From Dehalococcoidia bacterium (GTDB lineage Bacteria; Chloroflexota; Dehalococcoidia; Bin125), in the NCBI GenBank assembly GCA_963662615.2, contig CAXXSR010000002.1, positions 320,001-384,000 on the forward strand: DNA of 64,000 nucleotides, given 5' to 3'. The notes beneath the pieces are model-generated. The model did not search any database. It was given only the letters and a program-made list of their open reading frames with translations, and was not told the origin of the DNA. Made by a program: the position numbers and the translations under genes. This document shows positions 47,082 to 56,398 of this stretch, piece after piece; position 1 is the first letter of the stretch, and every line of letters begins with the position of its first letter.

Positions 47082-47236
47082 CAGCCGTTTCCTCTCCTGG
47101 AATTGGCGGAGCGAAGGACAGTTTATCGCAGGGCCGCGCGCACGGTCAAAGGACGCCGGCAGGTAGTGGGCCGATTTGATCGGGGCAGGTCGGGCTACGT
47201 CTAGCGCTCCTCGGCCCGCGCCTTCATATTGCGAGC

Positions 47237-47626
47237 ATGGCCGAGAACACAAACAGCGGTGAGGAGCAACAAGCCGTCGGGGCGCTCTTCCAAAAGTTGT
47301 TGCAGTCGCCCCTCCAGACGTTCCCACGCCCTGGGGAGAAACTTGACGCGCCGCGTGCTAAAGGCGTCTACGTGATCCACAGCCCCCGAGGGAATGTCCT
47401 TCACGTTGGGAGAACGCCGCGGGCCAAGAACGGCATACACCAGCGATTGCACAACCATCTGCACGGGCGGTCCTCATTCACCAACCAATATCTCAAGAAG
47501 GACGGTTCCAAACTCAGGGATGGCTATCAATTTCGTTGCCTGGTCGTTACGAGCCGACGTCGACGCGCTCTCCTGGAGGCATATGCAATTGGCTACCTCT
47601 GTCCCGCTCACATTGGTCTTGGGTGA
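47237..47626 (+). CDS. GIY-YIG-like nuclease family protein
   Basis: KGVYVI...VLHVGRT...QRLHNH...LLE pattern; visibly lower GC than flanks. Confidence 0.65.
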   Translation: MAENTNSGEEQQAVGALFQKLLQSPLQTFPRPGEKLDAPRAKGVYVIHSPRGNVLHVGRTPRAKNGIHQRLHNHLHGRSSFTNQYLKKDGSKLRDGYQFRCLVVTSRRRRALLEAYAIGYLCPAHIGLG

Positions 47627-47712
47627 CAGGATTCTGCGGCTGCAATCAGACTGGCCCACTTCCGGCCGGCGAAACCGCTGCGATCGCGGACGCGGCGCGC
47701 GTCCCCGTCGCA

Positions 47713-48267
47713 CTAGGTCACGGTGAACTCAACGACCATCCCCAGGATGTAGTGCCCGGGCTCATTGCAGATCAGGAGGTACCGGCCGGGAGCCAAGGCG
47801 AGCGTGATCCGTCGCGTCTCGTCCGGCGCAAACGTCGGGATCTCGCCCTGCAATATGACGCCTTCGCCGTTCACGTCCGCCTGCGTTTCGCCCTCCGCCA
47901 GCGGCAGCGCCTCCGCCGCAAGATCCGTGCGCAGCACGTCGAAGCTGTGCGCCGACGAGCCCCGGTTCTCAACGACAAAGGTGACCTCCCCGGCGGGGAC
48001 CGAGGCAACTTGGAGTTCAATCACGAAGTCGCGCAGCCCCACGTTCACCGTCGTCTGGGTTGGCGCCGGCGCAGGCGCGGGCGCAGGCGCGGCCGGCTCG
48101 CCCACGGCGTCCCGCTCCTGTCCGCCGAACGCCTCGGCGGCGCGCTGCCCCCGATCCGCGGGAGCCCCGGCGAAATCGTCCTCGCTGCAGGCGGCGACCA
48201 ACCAAGCCAGGCCGACGAGTGAGACCGTCAGCAGAACGGGCCAGGTGTGGCGGATGCGGCGGGTCAT
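47713..48267 (-). CDS. Cupredoxin (auracyanin/sulfocyanin-like) lipoprotein
   Basis: Lipobox LVAAC; HSF...CNEPGHYILGM type-1 Cu ligands. Confidence 0.88.
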   Translation of the reverse strand: MTRRIRHTWPVLLTVSLVGLAWLVAACSEDDFAGAPADRGQRAAEAFGGQERDAVGEPAAPAPAPAPAPTQTTVNVGLRDFVIELQVASVPAGEVTFVVENRGSSAHSFDVLRTDLAAEALPLAEGETQADVNGEGVILQGEIPTFAPDETRRITLALAPGRYLLICNEPGHYILGMVVEFTVT

Positions 48268-48274
48268 GGGGCCG

Positions 48275-49564
48275 TTACTGGTCCGGCCCCAGCGACTTGA
48301 GCCAGCTCCAGATGTTGAAGACGTCCTCATCCTCAATGCGATCCGCGGGGAATGCGGGCATGGCTTCGCGCGGGCTGCGGTATTGCTGCAACTCCTGCGA
48401 GAAGGCCAGTTGCGTCCCGGCGATCATGGGGCCGATGCCGCCCTCGCCGAGATCGCCGTGGCAGACGTTGCAGCCGTTGGAGAAGAAAAGCTCCTCGCCC
48501 CGGCCGAGATCCGCGCTGAAGCCGCTGGTGTCGACTTCCGGGGCGGCGGCCGCCGGGGTGGCGGTCGCGGTGCTGCGCTGGCCACAGGTGCTCTGCGTCA
48601 CTGACACGGCGGGCGTGGCGACGGGAAGGCCGTCAGCAACGCGCGCTTGCGCCGCCTGAAGTTGCTGGTCCGCGTCGGTCAGGGCATTCGAGGCCACCGC
48701 GCTGCGGACCACCCACAGAGCGGCGAGCGGGTCACCGCCGACTTGGGCCAGGGCGTCGTCCACGGCGGCACCGAGCGCTTCAGCCTCCGCCGCGGTCATC
48801 ACCGCCGCCACAGCCTCAAGGGCGGCCTCATCCCCGGATTCCTCGGCCGCGGCCAGCTCCTGTCCAAATTGTTCGTCCACCGCCGCGACGATCTCAACGC
48901 GGCGCAGCAACGTCAGGGCGTTCTGCAGCGCGACGAGCACGTCCCCGTTAGCCGCCTCGACCTGGGCCTCTCGGGCCGCCGCCACGCCGAGGTCGGTCGC
49001 GCCGGCTTCCGCGGCGTTCAGCGCGTCCTCCAGACCGGCCAAAGCAACCTCGTCCTCCTCATGGGCGAGTTCCAGCGCCTCCGCCCAGGCATCGCCAGCA
49101 TTGGTGGTAATGAGCGCAACCAGCGATTCAATATGGGAGAAATTCAGCGACCCGCCCTGTTCCACCAACCAAGGCGGCATGGGCGTGCCGTTGCGGCCGC
49201 AGGCGATGGTGCTGGAGAAGCGAAGCTGCCGCTCGTCCAATTTGCTCCGGGCGGCATCTCGATCGGCGGCTTCCAGAGAGTTGTCGTTCGCCAGGCGCCA
49301 AGCCAGCGTGTTGGCCGGTTGGTTGAGGGCGGGGCCGATCACGGTGGCGTTGCCGTCCCGCCCCAGGCCGTTGTTGCCGTGGCAGACCCGGCAATTTCGC
49401 GCGAAGATCCGCGCTCCGCGCTCAGCCGCGTCCACCGCCTGCTCCTCTTCCGCCTCCGGCCGCCGGCCCTCGTCGAACCAGACGTATGCGCCCAAGCCAA
49501 TGACACCGAGAAACATCAGCGCCACCATGGCGAGGATCTGCTTGCGGGTGTTCTGGCGGCTCAT
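48275..49564 (-). CDS. Membrane-anchored diheme cytochrome c
   Basis: N-terminal TM; CRVCH and CNVCH; Met ligands MPPW and MPAF. Confidence 0.9.
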   Translation of the reverse strand: MSRQNTRKQILAMVALMFLGVIGLGAYVWFDEGRRPEAEEEQAVDAAERGARIFARNCRVCHGNNGLGRDGNATVIGPALNQPANTLAWRLANDNSLEAADRDAARSKLDERQLRFSSTIACGRNGTPMPPWLVEQGGSLNFSHIESLVALITTNAGDAWAEALELAHEEDEVALAGLEDALNAAEAGATDLGVAAAREAQVEAANGDVLVALQNALTLLRRVEIVAAVDEQFGQELAAAEESGDEAALEAVAAVMTAAEAEALGAAVDDALAQVGGDPLAALWVVRSAVASNALTDADQQLQAAQARVADGLPVATPAVSVTQSTCGQRSTATATPAAAAPEVDTSGFSADLGRGEELFFSNGCNVCHGDLGEGGIGPMIAGTQLAFSQELQQYRSPREAMPAFPADRIEDEDVFNIWSWLKSLGPDQ

Positions 49565-49612
49565 CCGCTCCGGCTCTTCCTTCAATTCCTCTGGCGCCGC
49601 CCCGGCGCCGGG

Positions 49613-50434
49613 TTAGATGGGGTAGGGCTTCGCCCGTGTGGGATTATCGGCGCCGCCTTTGGTGATGACGCCCGTGTTGACGCTGAGGCTGCCGTCCTCG
49701 TTGACCGTGACGTCCATGGTGTCCATGGGCCGGGGGGCGGGGCCAAAGACGCGAACGCCCGCCTTGGTGTAGGTGGAGCCGTGGCAGGGACAGCGGAACC
49801 ACCCGGAAATGGCGTCGAAGGCGAAGTCGGAGCGCCAGGGCACGGTACAGCCCAGATGCGGGCACTTCCACCACAGAGCGAGCAGGCCGCCGCCACCCTC
49901 TTCGCCGAAGCCGGCGTGGGTGCCTTCGTCCGGGCGCAGATTGGAGAGCCAGAACTTGCCCACGGTGATGCGGGCGGGATCGTCACCGGGCTCGGGCACC
50001 AGGTCGGCGGCCACGGCGATCTTGCCGCCGAATCCCGTGAGGCCTCGCGGCCAGAAGAAGGCCAAGAAGGCCGAGACCGAGCCGGTGAGGCCAAGGAAGA
50101 ACACCCCCCAGAAGGACGTTTGGAGCAGCTGCCGCCGGGTCAGCTCCATGCGCCGCTGGCGGCGGCGCTGCGCCCGCGTGACGATGGCCCGCTCGCGTCC
50201 CGGCTCCTCCGTGATCGCCGCGCGCTCAGCGCCCGGCAAGAACGGAGCGCGCTGCGGCCGCGCCGCCCCCGAGGGCGTAGGCGGGACGGGGACGAGCTGC
50301 TGAGGGCCACCCTCGCCGGTGCCGGCGGGGGGCGCGGCTTCCGCCGGACCGGTAGTTGCCGGGACCTGGGGAGCTTCCCCGCCGCCGCCTGCCTCTGGCT
50401 CTTGGGCGGGCGGCTCTCGCTCGTCTGGACTCAT
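49613..50434 (-). CDS. Rieske iron-sulfur subunit
   Basis: Tat-like TRRQLL plus TM; CPHLGC and CPCHGS. Confidence 0.95.
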   Translation of the reverse strand: MSPDEREPPAQEPEAGGGGEAPQVPATTGPAEAAPPAGTGEGGPQQLVPVPPTPSGAARPQRAPFLPGAERAAITEEPGRERAIVTRAQRRRQRRMELTRRQLLQTSFWGVFFLGLTGSVSAFLAFFWPRGLTGFGGKIAVAADLVPEPGDDPARITVGKFWLSNLRPDEGTHAGFGEEGGGGLLALWWKCPHLGCTVPWRSDFAFDAISGWFRCPCHGSTYTKAGVRVFGPAPRPMDTMDVTVNEDGSLSVNTGVITKGGADNPTRAKPYPI

Positions 50435-50503
50435 GATGCCTGGCAGCTCGCTCTCACTTCGCTGACGGAGCGCGTCTGGGCCAGAGGCCGGCCCCGGTCC
50501 GGC

Positions 50504-51406
50504 CTACTCCTGGACCACTACGATATCCCATGGCGGCCGCAACTCCTGCCCTTGGCCGCGGAAGGCCACGCCGACGGTTATGAGCACGATGTAGACCGAG
50601 ATGAAGCCGGTGAAGATCAAGATGGCGATGTCGCGCCGTGTCTTGATCCAGCCCAGCTTCTTCTTCGTGAACCAGACCAGGGCCAAGGGCCCGCCCACCA
50701 TCGTCGCTACCGGCACGATCTGCTGGGAGAGGAAGCTGGGGAAGTTCAGGTTCAAGAGCCAGGGACTCTCCCTGGTGCCCGGGATGCCAATGGGGATCGC
50801 ACGCCAGTCCTGGAACAGCTTAAAATCGCCGACGTTGAAGCTGAGGGCGTCCCAATTGATGCCCACGTCCAGGCCGCGGAGGTTGCGCGCCCAGTCCAGC
50901 GCGGCCGGCCAGACGAAGTCTCTGTTGAGGCCGCTGCCGCGGATGAACGCCTCCGTCCACTCCACGTGCTTGGAGGCGTCGTAGAGGATGAGCCAGATGG
51001 TGATCAGCCCCGCGGCGCAGAAGCCCCAGACCGTCAGCCGCACCGAGTACTTGCTGCCGAACCAGAGGCCTTGGTTCTCCGTGGAGCGATCCCAGTAGGG
51101 GATGGCCGCCAGGAGGATCAGCGCGATGGTCGGCACGATCACCCCCGCCCAAGCCGGCTCCATGTGCAGCAACAGCTCCTGCAGGTTGAGGAAGTACCAG
51201 GGCGCCTTGGACGGATTGGGCGTGGTGTCCGGGTCGGCGCGGTCGAGCAGGGGCGCATTCAGGAACGAGGAGAGGACCAACAGACTGATGGTGAAGAGGA
51301 CGGCGGCGATGAACTCGACGAAGACGAGGTCCGGCCAAACCAGGACCTCTTCTTCCCGGGCGCGCCGTGGGCGCGCCCGCACGGCTGTCGCAACGCGCGT
51401 CGCCAT
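50504..51406 (-). CDS. Cytochrome b subunit IV (PetD-like)
   Basis: VWPDLV..E, APL...ADP..TPNPSKAPWYFL (PEWY-position motif). Confidence 0.88.
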   Translation of the reverse strand: MATRVATAVRARPRRAREEEVLVWPDLVFVEFIAAVLFTISLLVLSSFLNAPLLDRADPDTTPNPSKAPWYFLNLQELLLHMEPAWAGVIVPTIALILLAAIPYWDRSTENQGLWFGSKYSVRLTVWGFCAAGLITIWLILYDASKHVEWTEAFIRGSGLNRDFVWPAALDWARNLRGLDVGINWDALSFNVGDFKLFQDWRAIPIGIPGTRESPWLLNLNFPSFLSQQIVPVATMVGGPLALVWFTKKKLGWIKTRRDIAILIFTGFISVYIVLITVGVAFRGQGQELRPPWDIVVVQE

Positions 51407-51468
51407 GCCCCCTACTTTCGCGGCCCGATCCGGTACACGCTTTCCGTGCTACACCAGCGCCGCCGCCC

Positions 51469-52224
51469 CTAGAGCGGACGCGCCATGCCCCCGTCTCGAC
51501 GGATGCGCCAGAAATGAACCGATACGAAGATCGCAAAGATGAGCGGCAGCCCAATGACGTGCAGCGTGTAGAAGCGGATCAGCGCGTTGGGACCCACCTC
51601 AAAGTCGCCCAGCAGCAGGAACTTGCTTTCATCACCCAGGACGGGCGCCGAGCCGATCATGGTGGTGCCCACGGTGATGGCCCAGAACGCCAGTTGGTCC
51701 CAGGGCAGCAGGTAGCCGGTGAAGGAGAGGAGCAGCGTGACGACGAAGAGGATCACGCCCACCATCCAGTTGAACTCGCGGGGGGGCTTGTACGCGCCCG
51801 TGTAGAAGACCCGCATCATGTGCAGCAAGACCAGGATGATCATTGCGTGCGCCATCCAGCGGTGGAGGTTGCGCAGCAGCAGGCCGAAGCGCACGTTCGT
51901 CTCCAGCGCCTGGATGTCCGCGTAGGCCCGTTCCACGGACGGCACGTAGTAGAACATCAGCAGGACGCCTGTGACGGTGAGGCCCAGGAACATGAAGAAC
52001 GACAGGCCACCCAGGCAGTAGGTGTGCGTGATCTTGACGTGGGTGCGGTGGATGCGAGTGGGGTGGAGGTGCAGGAAGACGCTGGTGGCCACCACGAGCA
52101 TCTGATTGCGAGGGGTATTGGGATAGCCGGAACGGAAGATGGACTGCCAGACGTAGTTACGGAAGATCAGACCGTAGAGCTGGTCGTTGATGCCGCGGCG
52201 CGGCGGGCGCTCTACGCGGGCCAT
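51469..52224 (-). CDS. Cytochrome b6-like N-terminal subunit
   Basis: YCLGG (heme ci Cys), LHRW.AH...[29 protein letters not shown]. Confidence 0.95.
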   Translation of the reverse strand: MARVERPPRRGINDQLYGLIFRNYVWQSIFRSGYPNTPRNQMLVVATSVFLHLHPTRIHRTHVKITHTYCLGGLSFFMFLGLTVTGVLLMFYYVPSVERAYADIQALETNVRFGLLLRNLHRWMAHAMIILVLLHMMRVFYTGAYKPPREFNWMVGVILFVVTLLLSFTGYLLPWDQLAFWAITVGTTMIGSAPVLGDESKFLLLGDFEVGPNALIRFYTLHVIGLPLIFAIFVSVHFWRIRRDGGMARPL

Positions 52225-52236
52225 TGCGCCTCCCGG

Positions 52237-52356
52237 CTACCTCTCCCACCACCAGCCCAGGACCACCATGGCGCCCAGGCTGAACAGCACCGTCAGGACT
52301 ACTAACGGCAGCTCCATGATCTCGGAATCGAAGGGGATCTGGAGCAGGGGATCCAC
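52237..52356 (-). CDS. Unannotated 39-aa single-TM protein, first gene of the Rieske/cyt b operon
   Basis: Manual translation MDPLLQIPFDSEIMELPLVVLTVLFSLGAMVVLGWWWER; GGAG SD; stop 12 bp before cyt b start. Confidence 0.65.
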   Translation of the reverse strand: MDPLLQIPFDSEIMELPLVVLTVLFSLGAMVVLGWWWER

Positions 52357-52448
52357 CGTAGCCGCTCCACGCCCGGCCGGGCTCAAGCCCGGCCCCCGTC
52401 GCCCTCTGCGTTATGCGGGCAGGCTCCCAGGAGACCCGCTCTTCGCGT

Positions 52449-52500
52449 TCGTGAATAATCGTGCAATCGGCAATTTACGCCCGGCCTTCCTGAGTGTCAA
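52449..52500 (-). promoter_or_regulatory. sigma70 promoter of the cyt b operon with a Rex-like operator downstream
   Basis: TTGACA-N17-TAAATT (52500-52472); TTGCACG-ATTA-TTCACGA at 52466-52449. Confidence 0.7.
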
Positions 52501-52532
52501 GGAAAATCACTGCCCATGGTGGTGGCGGCGCC

Positions 52533-53609
52533 TCAGGGCCGTTCTCCTTCGATCTGGACTTCCGGCTCCCCCGCGTGGGGCCGAATCTCGCCAATGACCG
52601 ACCCTTCAGGCAACAGCCCGAGCGTGGCGTCCACGTCGGCGGCCGCGACCACCACGATCAGCCCGACGCCCATGTTGAAAACGTGAAACATCTCCTCTTC
52701 GCCAATCTCGCCGCGACGCTGGATCAGTGCGAAGATCGGCGGCTCCCGCCAGCTCCCCCGTCGCACCAGCGCCGCGACGCCCGGCGGGAGCACCCGCGCC
52801 AGGTTGCCGGGGATGCCGCCGCCGGTGATATGCGCGATCCCCTTGCACAGCGGCAGCGCCCGCTCCAGCTGCGGCCAGTAGGCGCGATGGGGCCGTAGCA
52901 GCGCCGCGCCCAGCGGCTCCCCCAAGACGGGCTCGTCCGCGAGGAGCCACGTAACCGCCCCCGGCTGCGCGTCCTCGTGGAGGCCGAAGACCGACCGCGC
53001 CAGCGAGTAGCCGTTGGTGTGGAGGCCGTTGCTCGGCAGCGCCACCAGGGCGTCGCCCGGCGCGATCGCCGCGCCGTCGATCTGGCGCCCTTTCGTCACC
53101 ACCCCTACGACGGTGCCGGCGAGGTCGAAGTCGCCGGGCCGGTAGAGGCCGGCCATGTCAGCGGTCTCGCCGCCCAGCAGCGCCACGTCCGCCTGGCGGC
53201 AGGCGCGGGCGACACCGCGCACGATCGCCACCTTCTGATCGTCGCTGAGCTCGTTGTTCGCCAGGTAGTCGAGAAAGAAGAGCGGCCGCGCGCCGGCGGT
53301 GAGCACGTCATTGATGCAGTGATTGACCAGGTCCTCGCCCACGGTGTCGTAGCGACCGAGCATGCGCGCGATCAGCACTTTCGTGCCAACACCGTCGGTG
53401 GAGGCGACGAGCACCGGGTCGGGGCAGGCGCTCAGATCGAAGAGGCCGCTGAACGGGCCAACGGCGCTGAGCACCTCGGGGCGTGTCGCCTCAGCCGCCA
53501 GCGCCTGGAGGCGGGGGATTACACGCTCGTTCGCGTCGAGGTCGACGCCGGCGGCGGCATAGCGAGGGGCGGGCGGCGGCGTGGCCGGGCTGCGGGCGTC
53601 AGCGGCCAC
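52533..53609 (-). CDS. purM: Phosphoribosylaminoimidazole synthetase
   Basis: YAAAGVD, TDGVGTK, GGETA, SNGLHTNGYSL, HITGGG, FNMGVG. Confidence 0.97.
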   Translation of the reverse strand: MAADARSPATPPPAPRYAAAGVDLDANERVIPRLQALAAEATRPEVLSAVGPFSGLFDLSACPDPVLVASTDGVGTKVLIARMLGRYDTVGEDLVNHCINDVLTAGARPLFFLDYLANNELSDDQKVAIVRGVARACRQADVALLGGETADMAGLYRPGDFDLAGTVVGVVTKGRQIDGAAIAPGDALVALPSNGLHTNGYSLARSVFGLHEDAQPGAVTWLLADEPVLGEPLGAALLRPHRAYWPQLERALPLCKGIAHITGGGIPGNLARVLPPGVAALVRRGSWREPPIFALIQRRGEIGEEEMFHVFNMGVGLIVVVAAADVDATLGLLPEGSVIGEIRPHAGEPEVQIEGERP

Positions 53610-55083
53610 GCAACTCCTCGTCCGCGTCCGGTGCGCTGTAGACAGAGGCGTTGGCAACCAAGTGCGGGGAGTCGCCGTCGATCGCTTCTTCGTCGCCCTC
53701 GAGCGCCAGCTTGTCCATGTCCAGCTGCACGGGCACCGGATAGTCGCCCGTGAAGCAAGCGAGGCAGTGTCGGTCCTCTCCCAGGCCGATCGACTCGATC
53801 AGCCCAGCGACGCTGAGGTAGCGGAGGCTGTCGGCGCCAATGTGCTCGCCTACCGCCTCGACGCTGCGGCCGGAGGCAATGAGTTCACCGCGCGTGGCCA
53901 TATCCACGCCGAAGAAGCAGGCGTGGCGGATGGGCGGCGCGCAGATCCGCATGTGCACCTCAGTGGCGCCGGCGGAACGGAGGATCTGGATGATGCGGGG
54001 CGTGGTGGTGCCGCGCACAATGGAATCGTCCACCACCACCAAGCGCTTTCCCGCAATGACCTCTGAGAGCGGGTTGAACTTGAGGCTGACGCCCAGTTCG
54101 CGCAGACGCTGGTCGGGCTGAATGAAGGTGCGGCCCACGTAGCGGTTCTTGATCAGCCCCTCGGCGTAGGGAATCCCAGCGGCACCGGCGTAGCCCACGG
54201 CGGCGGCGGTGGCCGAGTCCGGCACGCCGATCACGAGATCAGCGTCGGCGGGGGCCTCGGCGGCCAGTTGAGCGCCCATCGCCAGGCGGCTGGAGTAGAC
54301 GAGCTTGCCGTCCAGCTTTGAGTCCGGGCGGGCGAAGTAGATATGCTCGAAGACGCATCCGGCGCGGTCCGGCGCCACCGCGACCTGCTCCGACCTCACC
54401 CCGTTCGCGTCGATGGTGACCAATTCGCCCGGCTGCACGGACCGCGCGAAGCGCGCGCCGATGTGGTCGAGGGCGCACGTCTCCGACGCCACCACGTAGC
54501 CCCCATCCAGCGCGCCCAGACACAAAGGGCGAACGCCCAACGGGTCGCGGGCCGCCATCAGACTGGTGGGAGTCAGCACCACCAACGAATAGGCGCCCTG
54601 GAACACGGTCATGACCTTGGCGAACCGCTCGGCCCAGGAGCCGTCGACGCTGAGCAGGTACTCGCCGATGATCTCGGAATCCGTGGAGGTCTTGAAGCGG
54701 TGGCCCCGGCGCTCCATGTCCTCCCGGACCTGCGCCGCGTTGACGACGTTGCCGTTGTGCCCCAGCGCCAGCTTGCCTTCCGGGCCTTGCAAGAGCAGGG
54801 GTTGGGCGTTTTCGATGCGGCTGGAGCCGGTGGTGGAATAGCGCGTGTGGCCAATGGCCGCCGTGCCCTGGAGGGGCGCCAGGGTGTCCTCGTCGAACAC
54901 CTGCGAGACGAGCCCCATGCCCGTCCACAGCCGCAGCCGGCTGCCGTCGCTGGTGCAGATGCCGGCGCTCTCCTGGCCGCGGTGCTGGAGCGCGTAGAGG
55001 CCGTAAAAGGTTAAACGTGCTACGTCGAGATCGGGGGCGTAGATACCGAAGATACCGCAGGCTTCCCGCAGCTGATCGCCCAC
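53599..55083 (-). CDS. purF: Amidophosphoribosyltransferase
   Basis: EACGIFG, LQHRGQESAG, GHTRYSTTG, VDDSIVRGTT; GTG 55083 with GGAGG. Confidence 0.97.
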   Translation of the reverse strand: MGDQLREACGIFGIYAPDLDVARLTFYGLYALQHRGQESAGICTSDGSRLRLWTGMGLVSQVFDEDTLAPLQGTAAIGHTRYSTTGSSRIENAQPLLLQGPEGKLALGHNGNVVNAAQVREDMERRGHRFKTSTDSEIIGEYLLSVDGSWAERFAKVMTVFQGAYSLVVLTPTSLMAARDPLGVRPLCLGALDGGYVVASETCALDHIGARFARSVQPGELVTIDANGVRSEQVAVAPDRAGCVFEHIYFARPDSKLDGKLVYSSRLAMGAQLAAEAPADADLVIGVPDSATAAAVGYAGAAGIPYAEGLIKNRYVGRTFIQPDQRLRELGVSLKFNPLSEVIAGKRLVVVDDSIVRGTTTPRIIQILRSAGATEVHMRICAPPIRHACFFGVDMATRGELIASGRSVEAVGEHIGADSLRYLSVAGLIESIGLGEDRHCLACFTGDYPVPVQLDMDKLALEGDEEAIDGDSPHLVANASVYSAPDADEELRGR

Positions 55084-55195
55084 GGTTGCCTCCCGCACTG
55101 CCGGCGTCGCCGTTGGCACGCCGGACTCCCGGGCCGCATTCGCGGCGAGTGTAGCACGCCCCATATTGAGCCGATAGGCGGCGCCCGCGACGCCA

Positions 55196-55303
55196 GGGAA
55201 GGTGGCGATAGAGCCGACGACGCAGCCGTACCGGATGCGCGAGTTCGAGTTGCAGGACCCCAACGGCTACCGGGTCGTCGTCGCCACCGAGGCCGGATCC
55301 TAG
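55196..55303 (+). pseudogene. C-terminal remnant of a VOC/glyoxalase-bleomycin resistance family gene
   Basis: GKVAIEPTTQPYRMREFELQDPNGYRVVVATEAGS*; in-frame TAG at 55175 upstream and no N-terminal half. Confidence 0.7.
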
Positions 55304-55358
55304 AGGCGCCACCTGACGTCGCGGTGGAAGAGCGCGCTTCCAATCGGGAGCGTCCGCG

Positions 55359-56069
55359 TTACCAAATCGGGCCGCGCAACGGCGCGCCGGACAGGGCGGT
55401 GAACGCCTCCGCGACTTCCATCACCGCGTCTAGGCCCTCCTCTTCGCGGTTGCGGGCGACTGCATAGCCGCCCACGCGGATTCGCTTGCCGCTCTTTTTC
55501 ACCAAGACCAGATCCCACTGCGCGATCTCGTGGGCGGGCTCGTCGCCGTCCGGGTGGAGCCGGGCGCGACCAACCTCCTCCACCAGGAATTCGCGGATCT
55601 TCCAGAACGGCACCATCTCCGTGGTGCCGACTCCCAGCCCCAGGAACCGCTGTTTGACGGAGACGTTGCGCCCGGCCTTATCCGCTACCACGGCCGCCCC
55701 CACGGCCGCATAGACCAGCGTCATCCCAGACAGCGGCAAGACGACCACCGCGATCAGCAGAATGAGCGGCAGCAGCCAGAACGGCAGCGAGTCCGTCCAC
55801 AGAATCAGGGCGGCCAGCAGCAGCGACGTCAGCGCGATGCCGATGATCGGCAGCACGAAGGTGGATCGGGGCGGGCGCACCTCGATCCGCTCCGGCGTAA
55901 TGGCGACCACGCGCCGGTGCAGCAGCAGCTGGCGGCGCGCCAGCGGATCACGGTCCTCCAGCGGCTCGCCGTCGCCACGTTCGACCGCGCGCTCGGCCTC
56001 GCCGGCGCCGACCGGCGCTTCCTGTCCCGCCTCCGTGCGGTCAACGGCCCGATTAGACTGCGCAGCCAT
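55359..56069 (-). CDS. Hypothetical membrane protein (2 TM plus beta-rich C-domain)
   Basis: Two hydrophobic helices, coding-like codon usage. Confidence 0.7.
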   Translation of the reverse strand: MAAQSNRAVDRTEAGQEAPVGAGEAERAVERGDGEPLEDRDPLARRQLLLHRRVVAITPERIEVRPPRSTFVLPIIGIALTSLLLAALILWTDSLPFWLLPLILLIAVVVLPLSGMTLVYAAVGAAVVADKAGRNVSVKQRFLGLGVGTTEMVPFWKIREFLVEEVGRARLHPDGDEPAHEIAQWDLVLVKKSGKRIRVGGYAVARNREEEGLDAVMEVAEAFTALSGAPLRGPIW

Positions 56070-56131
56070 GGCGAGATTGAGTATATCGACGTGGTGGCCT
56101 GAGACGGTCAGCGTGGCGGTTCGTTGTCGCA

Positions 56132-56398
56132 GTGGACGTTCGATCGGACGCCTCGTATCCTCCCGTGGTGGATCGCACACGGCTCACCGGCGCGCTGCTG
56201 ATGGCCCTCATGGTCATGCAGGCACTGCTGTTCCTCGCGGGGGCGCTGCGTCGCAGCTACGCGGCACTGGCGCTGCCCGTGGGGGTCATTGTGGCGGTCA
56301 CGTCCGTGCTCGGCTTCTGGGTGGGCTGGACCCTCCTCTCCATGGAAGACGATCTCACCGGCCTGGAGTTCGAGGCCGAACCCCTGGACCAGGAGTAG
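56132..56398 (+). CDS. Small hypothetical membrane protein (2 TM)
   Basis: LTGALLMALMVMQALLFLAG...ALALPVGVIVAVTSVLGFWVGW; start may be a downstream GTG. Confidence 0.65.
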   Translation: MDVRSDASYPPVVDRTRLTGALLMALMVMQALLFLAGALRRSYAALALPVGVIVAVTSVLGFWVGWTLLSMEDDLTGLEFEAEPLDQE

